This document shows positions 26,990 through 40,077 of a DNA stretch of 64,000 nt, in pieces (position 1 is the first letter of the stretch; each line of letters starts with the position of its first letter). Source of the stretch: Amphiscolops sp. MND2022 (taxonomy: Eukaryota); the NCBI GenBank assembly GCA_964187785.1, contig OZ076409.1:85190001-85254000 (forward strand), read 5' to 3'. Below the pieces are notes generated by a model. That model searched no databases, was not told the DNA's origin, and saw only the letters and a list, made by a program, of their open reading frames with translations. The position numbers and the translations under genes were made by a program.

Positions 26990-28720
26990 AAACTGTAGAT
27001 GTCTTTTTAAAAACGCCTATTGGATAACGGGTCCAGTCGTTTGAATAACAAAATTGCTCGAAACGTTTACAAAAAAGTATATCAACATTTCAAAAACAAA
27101 AAATTGATTTTCACTAAATTTCAAGTCGTTCTGACGAACTTTTTGTATACACAATTGTAAATTTCTTTTTAAAAATACTGCATGCCTACTCCGAAAGGCT
27201 TCTGGACTATTAAGAAGTTTTGGTAACTTTCAATAGAAATTCACTAATTTGTCGAACAACTACCAAAACTTGTTTTTTTTCGACTATTTTGGGGTCATTT
27301 TGAGACTCTTTTCTAACGTGAAACTGCAATTCACCTTCAAATAACCTACTGAATAACGCATTCGTTCGCTGTTAAGGGTTTTCTGTCTTCCAACGATGGA
27401 AACGTCTCAAACAATTCAGAACTTTGCATAAGAAACGTTGAATTTAGACTTTTATTTCCGACTCATTGCTACTTTTGAAGCAAAATACTGCAACTCTCTT
27501 TAAAATAGCGTACTGCATAGCTAGCTTTTTCGTTTTTGAGTGTTTTGAACATTCCTAGTCACAAAAATTTTCAAAATTTGAACACAAACTGCAGGAAAAA
27601 CTTTAAATTTGAAGCATTTCTGATGTAAAGCACTGTAATTTTCTCATCAAGAAGGGAAACTACATACCTGATTCTATCGCCTTCGATTGTTTTGAACCAT
27701 CTAACTCAACAAATTCCTAAAAATTGTACCCAAATAACATGAAGAACCGACATAAACTGGAAATTGTTTTCGACAATTTTTGTGTCAAATTAAAGCACGT
27801 TTGTTACCAAAAACTGGCACTTATCCCATCAAAAAGCCCACCAAACAACGGCTTCAGTTGTTGTTGAATCGTTTTAGAGTTCTAATCCATGAGAAGGGCG
27901 AAACGTTTACAAAAATTGCGTTGTAAAAAACAAAAATGTAAAAAAGTAATATTTTTTGACTATTTTGGTGTCCATGTGGCAATTTTTTTTTACAAAACTG
28001 GATTTACCTCCGCAAACAACCCTATTGGACAACGAAATTATTCGTGGTTGAAGGTATTTAACGTTCTGATTCATGAAATCTTTAGAAATTTGACAAAAGT
28101 TGCATGAAAACGTGAAAAATTGCTACATTTTGAAGTTGTTGTCATTTTTGGTCGCAAATTGTGCGTTTTTTTTCATTAAAAAACTTCGTGTATTTCCTTA
28201 AAAAAAGCCCTTCTGACAATCAATTTGTTGTTCCTTGTTGAACGTCTTTGAAATTCTAAGCCACAAAGGCTCTCCAGAATTACACAAAAACTGCATAAAA
28301 CTTTCCAAATTTGAATTTTTTGTGTTTTTGTCATTGTCGGTCAAATTTTGATGCATTTTTTCAACACCAATTGCTTTTATCTCTTCAAAGAAGCAACCAC
28401 AACAACGAATTTGTTCCTTACTGAACGTCTTCAACATTCTAAGCCACCAAGTCTTTCGAAAAGTACACAAAAATTGCATAAAATTTTCATAATTATGAAT
28501 TTTCGAGTATTTTTGGCAATTTGGGTCTGAATGTGAGGCATTTTTTTCATTAAAAAATCGCATTTATGTCTTTGAAAAAGCCTCTTGGATAACAATTTTT
28601 TCTCTTTGGATTGTTTTCAACATTCAAAGCCAGGAAATTTATCGATAATTTGACAAAAGTTGAACAAAATTGGGAAATTTTGCAGTTTTTTCTATTTTTG
28701 GGTCATTCTGTGGTCTTTGG
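26990..28720. repeat. Degenerate tandem array, ~165-190-bp unit, about 10 copies
   Basis: AAAA..CC....GGATAAC / TTGAAC..TCTAAGCCAC / ACACAAAA.TGCATAAAA recur at ~27010, 27340, 27500, 27830, 28010, 28200, 28385, 28575. Confidence 0.7.
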
Positions 28721-29482
28721 GGTCAACCAAAAAAGTCCAAAAATCTCGACAAATACATACTGCATGATACTAATTTTACATCAGTTGAATTCTATGGGTG
28801 AAACCCTTTAGCTAGGATATAATTTAATTCTTGGCAAATATTGTAAAAAAAACCGTTTGATATAAATATTTTCCTTTTCCATATGAAATATGGACGGAAA
28901 ATAAAAATAACACGACGAAAAGCCACTATTAAAGTCGCGTTTCATCTCATACGGACCAAAATCAGTGAACTCGGTGAAAAAGGTTCTTTCTTGCAAATGT
29001 TCTTTCTGGTGTCAGAATGGGTTGCACTGACTACAAATTTCAATACCATTTCAAGGTTCACATCAATCAAACGAAATTTTTCATCAACAGCAAAACAGGA
29101 AACAATTGCTCTCTTTTTGGGTGCTCCAATGATATAGACAGTAATCAATTTCAAGGCCTGGGATGGTGCGATTTGAAATAAAAACCTTGAGATTTCCGCG
29201 GATTTCTTTGCGTCCTTTCGGCAATTTCTGAATTTGAACTAATTCAGTGAAACATTAGTCTCGATAAATCTCAACGTTACTTCTACGGCACTATTGATCT
29301 CGTTGCTGAAAATAATTGAAAACTTTGTCTGTAAAAGTGCGTGGCCCACACATTGCAATTCAGAGTTTGTAAGAAGAAACGAAGCTAAGGCGCAGGTGAA
29401 TGTTCAAGAAAGATACTTGCTGACTCTGGGGAGAGTTTCCAAAAAAATGTGAAAAACAACACTATATTCATTCGGTACCTTG

Positions 29483-29626
29483 AAAAAAAAGAAAAATTTC
29501 TGTTCTAGCTTACACAACGTGGTGTACACCACGTTTTGTAAGCTAGAACAGAAATTTTTCTTTTTTTTTATTTTTGGCCTTTCTTTCTCAGATACGTATC
29601 TGAGAAAGAAAGGCCAAAAATAAAAA
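29483..29626. repeat. Two abutting spacer-less palindromes
   Basis: 29483-29568 (43-bp arms, 1 mismatch, centre GGTGT|ACACC) and 29565-29626 (31-bp perfect arms, centre GATAC|GTATC). Confidence 0.95.
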
Positions 29627-31517
29627 TAAAATGAAATATCAGCCCACGAAAACGGGATAAATTGAAAACTCGAAATGATATTCGTTCCAAGATGTCTACT
29701 GTTTTGCAGTCTGTCAACTTCATCCTGGAATTTCTGATGAAAACTTTTTTGACTTTTTAACTTTTTTAACATTTTGGATTCATATTCTTTGGATAGTTTT
29801 ATAAGGTTAGTTGATCCACAGAAGTACTGTCCGCTTAAATGAATTGTTTCCCATGAAAAAGATTCCAGCGTAGAAATTGTAAATCCATCTTTTAGTTATT
29901 TTGCGCACTTCTTTGAAAACTGTGCAAATTTTCATATTAGGAAACGCAAGTTTCAAAAGTTTCTCACTTTACGATCAAGAAAATTTTAATTGGTAAATTA
30001 CAACCATGGTTTATTTTTATACATGTATCAGACATGAGAATTTTGGACTTCAATATCTTCTGAACACTCTAACCAAAAACGGAGACATTATGCGCAAAGT
30101 TTCGCGATTTTTTCTTTTTGAATATGAGCGTTAAAACCAGGTAAAATAAAAAAAACATTCATTTCTTTGTTACCAAAATCTAGTATTGCCCTATTGTCTC
30201 TGCTCCTATTCACCACTTTGTATGTAGTTGGCATTGTACACTTTGAGACACAAACGAAACGAAGAGTTTTCGTAAATGTGTTTGAAGACTTTAGTTAACT
30301 AGTCGTTTTCAGTTTGCTTAATTTCCGAGTCACCTAAAGCAGGAACTCTATTAAAAAAATTTACTTTCAGCATAAATTTATTTAGGAGTTGTTGGAGGAA
30401 GGTTACAATTAGATGCAGTTGCAAGTTCGTGTTAACAATTTTTTTCAACGCGTTGAGAATTATTTTAGGTTTTCCCGAAGAACTTTGTTGACCGTTTCTA
30501 AAATTGAAAGTTTTAGCATCTCTGACTTTTTATCCGGAACAGAAAAATCACGAACATAGCATGAAAAATGTTCTATCTGTCATGTAGGGCCGGACTTTTT
30601 CGCCAAACTGGGACATTGTTCGTAAAACAATAGTCCGTAATTTTCGCATCCAAACCAGTTGTTGCCAGTTCTTGTTCCTTCCCCACATTCGGCAAAGTTA
30701 TACTCGTTGACGTTGTCACCACATATAGCTTCCAGTAGCCGTGTCTTGGAAACTAATTCCAGTATACTACTTGCCAATATTATTATGGAACTATTTAAAG
30801 CGAAAGTTACAAAAATGCAAAAGGTTCAAAAACAGAAACAATTGACTAGCATCACTTAAGCAAAACTCCTCGAAATATCAAATTTTCTCCAAAAATAGCT
30901 GATAACTTGAAATATAAACAAATCCTTCATCTCCTTGCGTCAAGAATCATCACAATTGGAGAATCGGAAGATGGAAGAAGTTCGGTTGACTCCTAGCTCA
31001 AAAACTAACACTCACTATTTCTTAAATCCGAAAGTATCCCTCAATAACATTTTCCAAAATCTTCAGAAAGCAAGCAGCCTTTTTAAAAAAATTATGGCAA
31101 AAACGCTGAAACTTATTGTTATCACAATTTAATGAATATCAAACGTTGTCTTTTGTGACGTTCAGACTTTGCCCACTTGATAATTGCACTTTGAATTTTT
31201 TCTTAATACTTAGCGATGAAACAGAACACTATTCTAAGAACGAAAGTCTCGGCGTTCCCCTGCCAAGAATCTATGAAGTTGGGCAATTGATTATATGGTA
31301 AAATAACCAGCTGCTAATAATCTAGTTTTTTTGCAGAAATTTTTAAAGGGAAACAATCCTGCTGAGTAGAAAGATTCATATTTTCTGAAGAAAAAAATGA
31401 AAATAACATCGTAAACAGCAATTCTATTATTGCTATTGAAAATCTAGCTTCCACATGGAGCAAATATTTGTTTTTGAACTGCGTATCTCGATCGAAAAGA
31501 AAAGTTTATGATCAAAC

Positions 31518-32310
31518 TGTGGTTATCTCGGTCTATACGGTAAAAAGGTTCTCTATTCTAGAAGAATAAACTGTATCTTCTTTATCAACTAAACTTCAGT
31601 ATCTATCTCGAGTACAATGATCAGTATCTATGGTATAACACAATAACACAAATTGACAGCATTTAGAGTTCTATGTTAGTAAACAATAATGGTCTCTCTG
31701 TCTAGATCCGTATGTTACGGCAATTGTGAAGGTCATAGTATTGGCATGATGTCACATTCCCTCCTCTTCGGAATGATCCGGTGAGGGCTTGCTACATCCT
31801 TCTGTATGACCGTATGAAACCGATTTCTTCATTGTTTTTTCGTTTTGAACGGTTATTTTTTTCTTCATTTCTCTCCACAGTTTCCGTTGCTGTTTCCTGT
31901 AATAAATTACCGTTATTAATTAGTTTTTTCTTGTTGTTGTTTGTATATTATGGTACTCCGCCTAGTTTTTCGGTTTGTCTTGCAAATGGTAGTCTATTAG
32001 ATCTTCTGACCGATTCTGTCGGTTTTTCTATTTTATTTTTTCCTTTATATCTACCTTGATCCGGTGTCAGGTTGGTTTCCTTTGGAAAGAGTTGGTACTC
32101 GTCGTCAATGTTTGTTTGCACTGGTGTGCCTTCTGACTTGTTGTAGCATTCAAAGTCGTCGTCGTCTGATATAATGCTCAAGTTTAAGTCGGCGTTGTTG
32201 TTGGCACTTTTGTTCAGTGACGTAAATTGTCACCTGTTGTTTCTGGGTTGGTTTTTCTTCTTCAACCAGTCTTCGCTCCTTTCGTGGTTTGTGATGGCTT
32301 TTGGTGCTTC
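31518..32310 (-). mobile_element. Truncated LTR retrotransposon 3' end (LTR, PPT, IN C-terminal tail)
   Basis: LTR-like TGTGGTT...GTCACA 31518-31756 followed by pyrimidine tract TTCCCTCCTCTTC (PPT on -); ORF 31948-32181 ends RRSNR...LGGVP, like the RRSNR...RYG tails of the other elements. Confidence 0.7.
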
Positions 32311-34162
32311 TTTGAAACTTTCAAACATGAAAATAATGTTTGAATTTTTGATTTTCCTTGAGACTAGTTGTTATAGAGTCAAAGCTTTACATTTCAATTG
32401 TACGAAAATTTGTGTTTGTTGATTCCTTTTGTCATTCTTCCATTGAATTTTGCAACCGAAAACTCAACGCGAGAATGCTTCCAAAAGGTTTTCGATAAAT
32501 GCCTCCAAACTAAAAATAGTTCGTTTTTAGTTCGTTCGAAAACACACTCATTTTTCTCATTCACCAAGTTCGCGGGAACTTTGAAGCTCCATACATCAAA
32601 GAAGATGAACTTTGTAAGAGATCAATCAAAAAACATATCATTCAGTTCACAAAAGAATCGCATTCACCATTGAACTTTGTGATTCCAGATGTGATAGCTT
32701 GGTTGGTTGCGTGAACAGTTGAGACGAAAAAAGCTTCGGCGATGCCGCACCGTGGGCGATAGTTTTTGTCTTTTTTTCTTCTAAGGACTTCAATATCAAT
32801 TTTTATCTGTTAGAACGAGTTTGCCGGTTTGCATTGAATTGACTTTCTGCACTTCTAGGAGCACAAGCATTCTCGGACATCAAATTAGGTTGAAGTGACA
32901 TACTTGTCGTCTAATTTGAATTCGGCCTGTTGAAAACCGAGCTCGCGGTATCTGAGTGCTGATTCTTTAGTTTATCACACTGGAGCTCTCTGTATCTTTA
33001 ATAACAGTATTCATGATGCTGTCTAATTCCCTTGACATTCTATGATTAATCTCCTTGGTCAATTTTCCCAATATTTCTTTATTCTTGCCAACTTCAAGAG
33101 AATTCGTGTCTCTTATTCCCATTTCAGTTTCTCTAATTTCGTCCCAATGTGAATAACACCCTCTACTGGTTAATACGACTTCAATAGTTTGGGCTAGTCC
33201 ACCCGACCTATTCTTCAAGTTCCCTGATTCTCGCTCTATGCAGTTCAAATTGCTGTTCCCAATCATTATATCCTTGTTTTCAATTTAGGACATGATATCA
33301 GGTTCAAATGACCTCTTGTTCTCAACCTTTGCATTCTAGTTGAATGCATCTCAGATAAAATCACGAATTGACACTGAAAAATTTTAAACTAGTTTTTCTA
33401 ATGGCATGGAAGGATATATCCTGCAATTTTGATTGAAAAATGTGAATTATTGAAACATTTTAAAACGTCTTTTTTAGCTCCGATTTTCCTCAATGATGGT
33501 TTGCAAGAAGCAAAAGTCGTTACGAAGAGTTCCAAGACTTGAAATTAACCTAGATAATAATAATTAATATTATTTCAGGTTGATCTGCTGGTGTAAGCAT
33601 TTCTATGAGAGCATTAACTTGAGAAAACTAAACCTAAGTTCTGGAACTTAATCGTTCAATGCTTTTTGTTACCTCAGAAATCTAATTCCCTTCATTTTGG
33701 TATGTTTGCAAAGACTACTTGATCTTCTCAGGACGACTAAACGTTCTGTCGCAAGAAACTAATATTTTATCCATTGTTCATCACTAGTTTTGACCCATCA
33801 ATCAGCATAACACTTCAAATCTGCTACGTAAACTGAATGTTTAGGTCGCATCAAAATTTTGTGCAAAAACGACCATCGGCCATTGGAATCGTTTAGTAGT
33901 TCTGCGAAGGTAAAGGTAAAACCAGCGCTGGTGTTATGTTTTCGAGTATTTTTGCCAGTATACTGGTGGGAAAGTATCCGAAAAGACACACTAACTACTG
34001 AAATTTCACTTTCATTTTCAAAATCACACAAATTGGACGTTATATTTGATTTATACCAATGTGTAACTACCCCAAAAAATATCGTAAATTGCTCAGACAA
34101 ATAGAAACCATAGTAGTCTGGAAAAGGAAAAAAATCCTATCTAATATTATAACTTGTTTCAG

Positions 34163-34334
34163 TTTCCAAACCGGGTTAAGGGCATTGTTCAAACGCAAGC
34201 CGAGAAGGCAGTTATTCGTGGGGGGCACGCCAAACGAGCAGAAGGGGGCGAGACAACGGAGTCAGCAGACAGGTGCAAAATGCGAGACCTTTAGACTGAC
34301 ATCGCCAAAAGTATCCAAAGGAATGGAAGGTTGA
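34163..34334 (+). CDS. Same GPCR, probable terminal exon (helix 8 and C-tail)
   Basis: ttgtttcag acceptor in phase 2 gives ...YKMSS-S-FQTGLRALFKRK (amphipathic helix-8 pattern), TGA at 34332-34334, AATAAA at ~34473. Confidence 0.7.
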
Positions 34335-37300
34335 AAGATTCTAAAATTTTTTGAAAAATGCCAGTTTTCGAATTTGACATCCAGCCCAAAACATACCGGC
34401 ATTGACTGTTAAAACGTAACTTTGATGTTATTTTTTGTATGTAAAAACCTTTATTGTTACTTTTTATGCGAAAATAAAATTTATGAGATTGAGAATTGAT
34501 ATCTCGATTTCGATATATCACGATGTTTTTATCTAGTTTTTATATAATACATCAGGTGTAATTTTGTCCACCCAGATATCAAATTGAATAGCCCTTTCTG
34601 TAAATTTATGTTTTGATGTAATGTTTTTGGAGCTTGTTAAAAAAGTCTTTCAGAGATATTAATCGACGCTTTTCATAAAGTACATGTAGATATTTTTGTT
34701 CGTTCCAACAGTTTTCAACAATCTGTCAGACTTCGGCTTTTTAGACTCCGGTTTTTCAGCTAATGACTTTTGTATAGTAATTGTTTGTATACCGATAGTA
34801 TACTAAAAAGTATAATAATGATGAATATATTTATTAATTTGAAAAATAAATTTTTATTTTGTGACTATCTGTCTTTATAAATGTTCTCATTTAGCAGTTG
34901 ATAAGACCACATATGGTAAGAATCTATCGACCAAAAACAATAATTCCGCAAACAAACATCGTGACTCCGAAAAACGTGAAAATTGTATAGAGCTTTCTGT
35001 CACCTCAAAAGTCACGAAAATCATCGCCAAGACGGATAATGGGCGCAACTGATAATTTCTACTATCTGGGCTATCGGCCTGACAAAACCAGGTGAAGTGG
35101 GGAACCTTGGGACCATGAAAAGCTTGTTTTCTGATGAATAATCTCAATAATTTTTCGTGTCATTGAGACAAATAATTTTTAAAGAGTTTCTTTCTTTATT
35201 AAAGGATGCTGGAACCCTTTCCAAGTGCTAATTTGTCTTCTCTGTGAAATTGTGTGCGTGAAAACATTTAAATTCTCATATCGCCCCAAGATCTTTTCCA
35301 CGATGCGTCTCGGTTGAGAAGATTTGAATATATATTTTGACCACATAATTTTGTCTTGATCTTCTGGAAAATTATACGTTTTTATGGTTTTCGTTTTTGT
35401 TTGTTCATTGATGTGCAAATTGTCTATCCAATAGACTCCGTCGATAAACTTTTCAAGATCTTTCGAAGTGTTTTTTGAAGCTATTGATTGTTTTCAACAA
35501 TCATTCCAAGGAAATACCAGGTTGACCACCGTGCAAAAAATATGTAGATCATACGAAGTCATGTCATATTAAAACCACATAAATCAAACGATTATCATAC
35601 AAAAAAATCAAGATCATGCTAATCATAAAACGACCATAGTATGTTCAGTATATAGTCTTAAAAGTAAAATCCATGATGCAGTTTTTTATTGAAAAAATAT
35701 TTTCCATACTATAGTCTTCTTATGAACATGTTTAATAAAACATTACATTATGAATTACCTAGTAATTCGAAGTCAATCAACGCGGATGCTGATGATTTAT
35801 CGCCTTCTCTTGACCAAATAAATCAATTTTTATCGAAAACGCGAGAACATTATCTTGAGAGCATGTTTTGGCATCTGTTGCTGATTTAACAATGATTGAG
35901 CACGAATTGGACAACATATTTTCCTGAACAAAGAATTATTGCCACTGTGAAACGTTGCTGAACTGTTTCGTAACATCTACATGGTTTGCTTATGTACTGA
36001 TCTTCAATTATTTCCGTTTTTTTTTAGCGCCAGTTCTGTCTTTAGCTAATGAACTATTCGAAAGGTTTATTCGGAAAATTTGGTTCTACCATTACTTTTT
36101 CTGGAAAACATGGAAATGATACAATGATCAAATTTGAAACATAAAAATCATAACATGACCTGATACAAAACATGAAAGTTATAAAATGGCCATATATCAA
36201 AAGCATAAAGTCACAACACGACCATAAAATGTTTTCTATTCATTGCAATTAGTTTCCATAGATGGACACATATTATGAACCACGTGTAAGGTATGTTTTA
36301 AAACTTTCAATTGTTCTGATAGACCCATTCCGAACAGCCAAACTGTCTAAATCAAAATATAAATTGCAAAAAATATATATTTTCGCTGAACGATGCTTGA
36401 AGCACTGTGTTGGTTATGCTACGCTATGCTTCTTTGATATAGCTTCACGTTATTAAGAATAAGCATGCCCAACAGAAGACATGCATGGTACAAAAAATTC
36501 ATCACAGAAATTTCGAGTCGCTTTCATAAGTAACGACAAGCAAAAATAGCTTAGCAGCGACACAAGGTGGAGAAACCAGCATGCAAACGTTTTCGTCCGG
36601 GACTGACCGTTCAATATACTAGTCCATTTTCCTCCATAGGAATCCGGTCCCCAGGAGGGTACCGTCTTAAGGGACGCTCTCTGACCTGGTTCCAGTTTTT
36701 CACTGCTACAATTTACGGTCATCTTCCTATAATCAGGACCACCGCAAAAATAGGTTATAAATATTAGGTTAGGATTTGTCGAATAGTAAATTTAGGTCAA
36801 AGTTAGGGGAATCCATGAAACCATTTAGATACAGGCTTCCAAAAAGTCCAATTTAATAAGTCTTACAACAAAATTAAGATAATCCATTCCACTGCAGTGG
36901 GTTAGATCGGTTGTTCACCCAGCGCACGAGCTGGAAACACCAAAGGGACACCGGAGAAGACTTTATGCTGACACCATATTCTTGGTTTTTCGGTACTATA
37001 GGTAGTAAAAAGCTCCTATTTCGCGATGACACACCGCAGTTCGGCACGTTTTTCTGCTGATATTCGCACTTTCATGGCTTGCTGTCTCGCGGGGCGGCTT
37101 CTCTTGCTTTTATTTTGTCTTTGTTGGCAGGTACTTTGACAAAACATGCTCAACCTGTCCACGTCACTTTTGAACGAATTTTTGATGATGTCTGAAAATG
37201 TAGTTGTACCCGAGGTCGACGTTACAATACATGATAACTCATAGGATTATATGTTCCAAGAATCAAATGGAAACACATAGAAGTATAGTATCACACAAAC

Positions 37301-38332
37301 ACAAGGAGGAAGTTTCTTAGAACTATTTCGTTTGAAAATAGGCTTCCAGTGTAATCAGCGGAAAAAGCTTCATTCAGCTGACTTGTGACAAATTGTTAAA
37401 GAAGCTTTAAAGAAAAAATTTTAACTTTTACTTGATTTACTTGATTACTGCCCAAAAAAGAAATTGTCCCCCGGGCGTGTGATCTCGTGTCATGACAAGT
37501 GCTGATTGGTTGTCGTGTGCTGACTGAAGTTTTAAAAACGTGACAGTTCAAAAGCTACGGAGGGAACAAAACTTTCAATTCTTTGCCTCAAACAACCTGG
37601 CAGTAATCACAGTTTTCCTCAGTAAAACATGCACTATCTAGCACAGGGAAAACAGTTACGGTTCTCAAAAAAAGAATCGTAATCCCCTAAGAACCATTTT
37701 TGCCTAAAGCATTATCCGACGGGTTGTTAATTTTAATTAGTTGAGGACTCTCCTTTTGTTGAGCCCCAGTGCGAACGTTCCAGCAAGATCCAGTTTGAGT
37801 CACTCCTTTGACCGAAAAAACGTTGGTAGCTATTCGGGTTGTTCCCACTCATTTCTCAGCTTTAGGGAAAAACTGTTGAAATACATGGGTTATAAAAGAA
37901 AAACTCATAACCTAGCAATTTTCATCTCAACAAAACATTAATCTTCAATTGTGGAAAATTTTTAAATTTTTCTTTCCATCTGTCTTCTAAGATTTTCCAA
38001 GTTCTGATTTTGGCAAACTAATAAAAATTTAAAATTCAGCTAAAATAACTATGCTGAGTATAATAAACTTCCGAATCGCGAGTACCTCTGACGAAGTTGA
38101 GCTCTGGCGCTTCGTTTCGTATGTTATGATCAAACGTGGGTCTACTTCTTTGTTTAAACGTTTTCTGTCAAATTTATCCTTTGGGCAGAGTAGTATAAAT
38201 TTTCGAAAATAGACTTCAGTTTAAAAACAAATAAACATGGAAAACCTTGACATCTCGCAGGGTGTTTTTTAACAGTGTTATGCTTGATATAGCTTGTAAA
38301 AACATAACTGACTCAATATGTGTATCAAAAGA

Positions 38333-38679
38333 ATGCCGAAAAACTGAAAGGGGGAAGCCTTTGGGATTTTTAAACACCCAATCTGTTGTAAAATATCGAA
38401 GAAATTGAAGGGGGCTTTGGAGAGAAAAAAAATTCCGAAAAAAAATCTCGCAGTGCCGAAAAAAAATGAAAGGGGGGACCCTTTGGTCTTGCCCGGTATG
38501 GTATGTTACGCGGAAAAACAGGAAAAACCTTTTTGGTTCAGTTCGCTAGGCCAAGTGGTGCAATTTGGTGCAATAATATTTTGTAGAACTTTTAAGAATT
38601 ATTTTGGTCAGTTCGTGTGGATAGAAAAAAAGAGTCACTACAATAGTCCTGTTTCACTTCATGAAGCGCCGACTAAAAA
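38333..38679 (-). mobile_element. Partial Helentron/HINE-like copy
   Basis: Same subunits and identical end block GAGTCACTA.AATAGT...CACTTCATGAAGCGCCGACTAAAAA as 16043-16627. Confidence 0.7.
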
Positions 38680-39220
38680 CACAAATTCAACGCTAGAAAA
38701 ATCGATCGGCAACCTCGACGACACAAACACATCGAGAACGTCAAGCTTTCAATCTTCAAAAACCATCGAGATTGCCAGTCGAGAAATTCACACATCGAGT
38801 TCTAAAATTTGGGAAACATAGAGAAAAACGTCAATACGATTTTCGTGAACTGTTTATTTTTTTAAACAACATGAAGCTTTGACAGATTTTGAAATTTGGC
38901 CTGATGAAAAATAGTTTCTGTTGAAACACCGCCAGAAATCATATATTGTTCGTTTTGGAGTCCAACGAATCCAATTTGTTTCCATGAGAGCCGATTTCAA
39001 GGTAAATATAAAGTTAGGAAAGCATTCCAGGAGATTTCACTAATGGGCCCCTCTGGTTTTATGGCAATACTGGTCACGTTTGCTTGGTATATTGGTGAAA
39101 AATAATCCCGAATGACCACAATTTTCCTGCAGCCATTCGTTGGAAACAGTAGACTATATTTCGTGTAGAATCGAGCACTCTCGCATACAGCCAGTGATGT
39201 TATGACATCGCTCAGTTTCA

Positions 39221-39330
39221 ACGTCGGAAATTTCGTCGTCGGAAAATTCGTCCTCAGAACGTTCGTCGTCAGAAAATTTCTCGTGAGAAATTTCGGCGTC
39301 GGAATTTTCGTCGTCGGTGATTACGTTCTA
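39221..39330. repeat. 15-bp tandem array (CGTCGGAAATTTCGT); inverted partner at 62048-62118
   Basis: About 7 units; reverse-complement units ACGACGAAATTTC(T/C) occur at 62048-62118, bracketing the nested LTR complex. Confidence 0.8.
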
Positions 39331-40016
39331 TAAAACGTCGCCTTTGCTCTAATCTATTCGGAATCGTCTTATTATTGAATCTTATAAATTATCGATAATT
39401 GTGCAGTTATTACTGTTGTATACTAGACTTGTAAGGTAAAACAGTTTTCTAAAATAGTTTCTTTCTATATCAAACGTATAGTATGGTAACAAAACGTAAA
39501 GTGATATAATAAAGTTTTATATCAAATGTCTATTGTTTGTAAATACGGCGGATAATTGTCTACGACCGAAACTCGGCAGAGGTTAAATGTCTAGTCCGGT
39601 ATTTGACATTTGAACCGTATAACATTTCCTCTTCTCTCTCGGGCTTGTTCAAAATTGTGATGAGGGGCCGGGTGGTGACATGTTGCCCGGGAGGACGTCC
39701 TGTGGCTTCTGCACCAGTTCTGACAGCGGTTAATGGGTGCCTTTTGTACGGCTACAAATTGGTCCTGCAACAACAATGCTTTAGTCACATACAAAAGTTT
39801 CTTTGATATGGTACACTACCGTATCTATTCGGTTTATTTACATTTCGGTTTGACCGACTAATATTAGTTTTTGAGTTCTCACTCTGAGGCATTGCTCCGT
39901 CAGTGTGTAGTAGTAGAGTATCATTCTCGGGATCTGTCCGAATTGGCTCATATCTTCCATCTCTCTCCGTTGTGTCATACACTATTACGGCTTCCTCTGG
40001 TATTTCTTCTTCTTCG

Positions 40017-40017
<1 letters not shown>

Positions 40018-40077
<60 letters not shown>
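40018..40077. repeat. (ATC)n microsatellite, left half
   Basis: About 20 units; encodes the poly-Asp tract of the outer element on -. Confidence 0.97.

Noticed and set aside
32967..33266. 99-aa - strand ORF, possible gag N-terminal relic
   Set aside because: Only vague resemblance; no LTR, PBS or pol nearby to support it.
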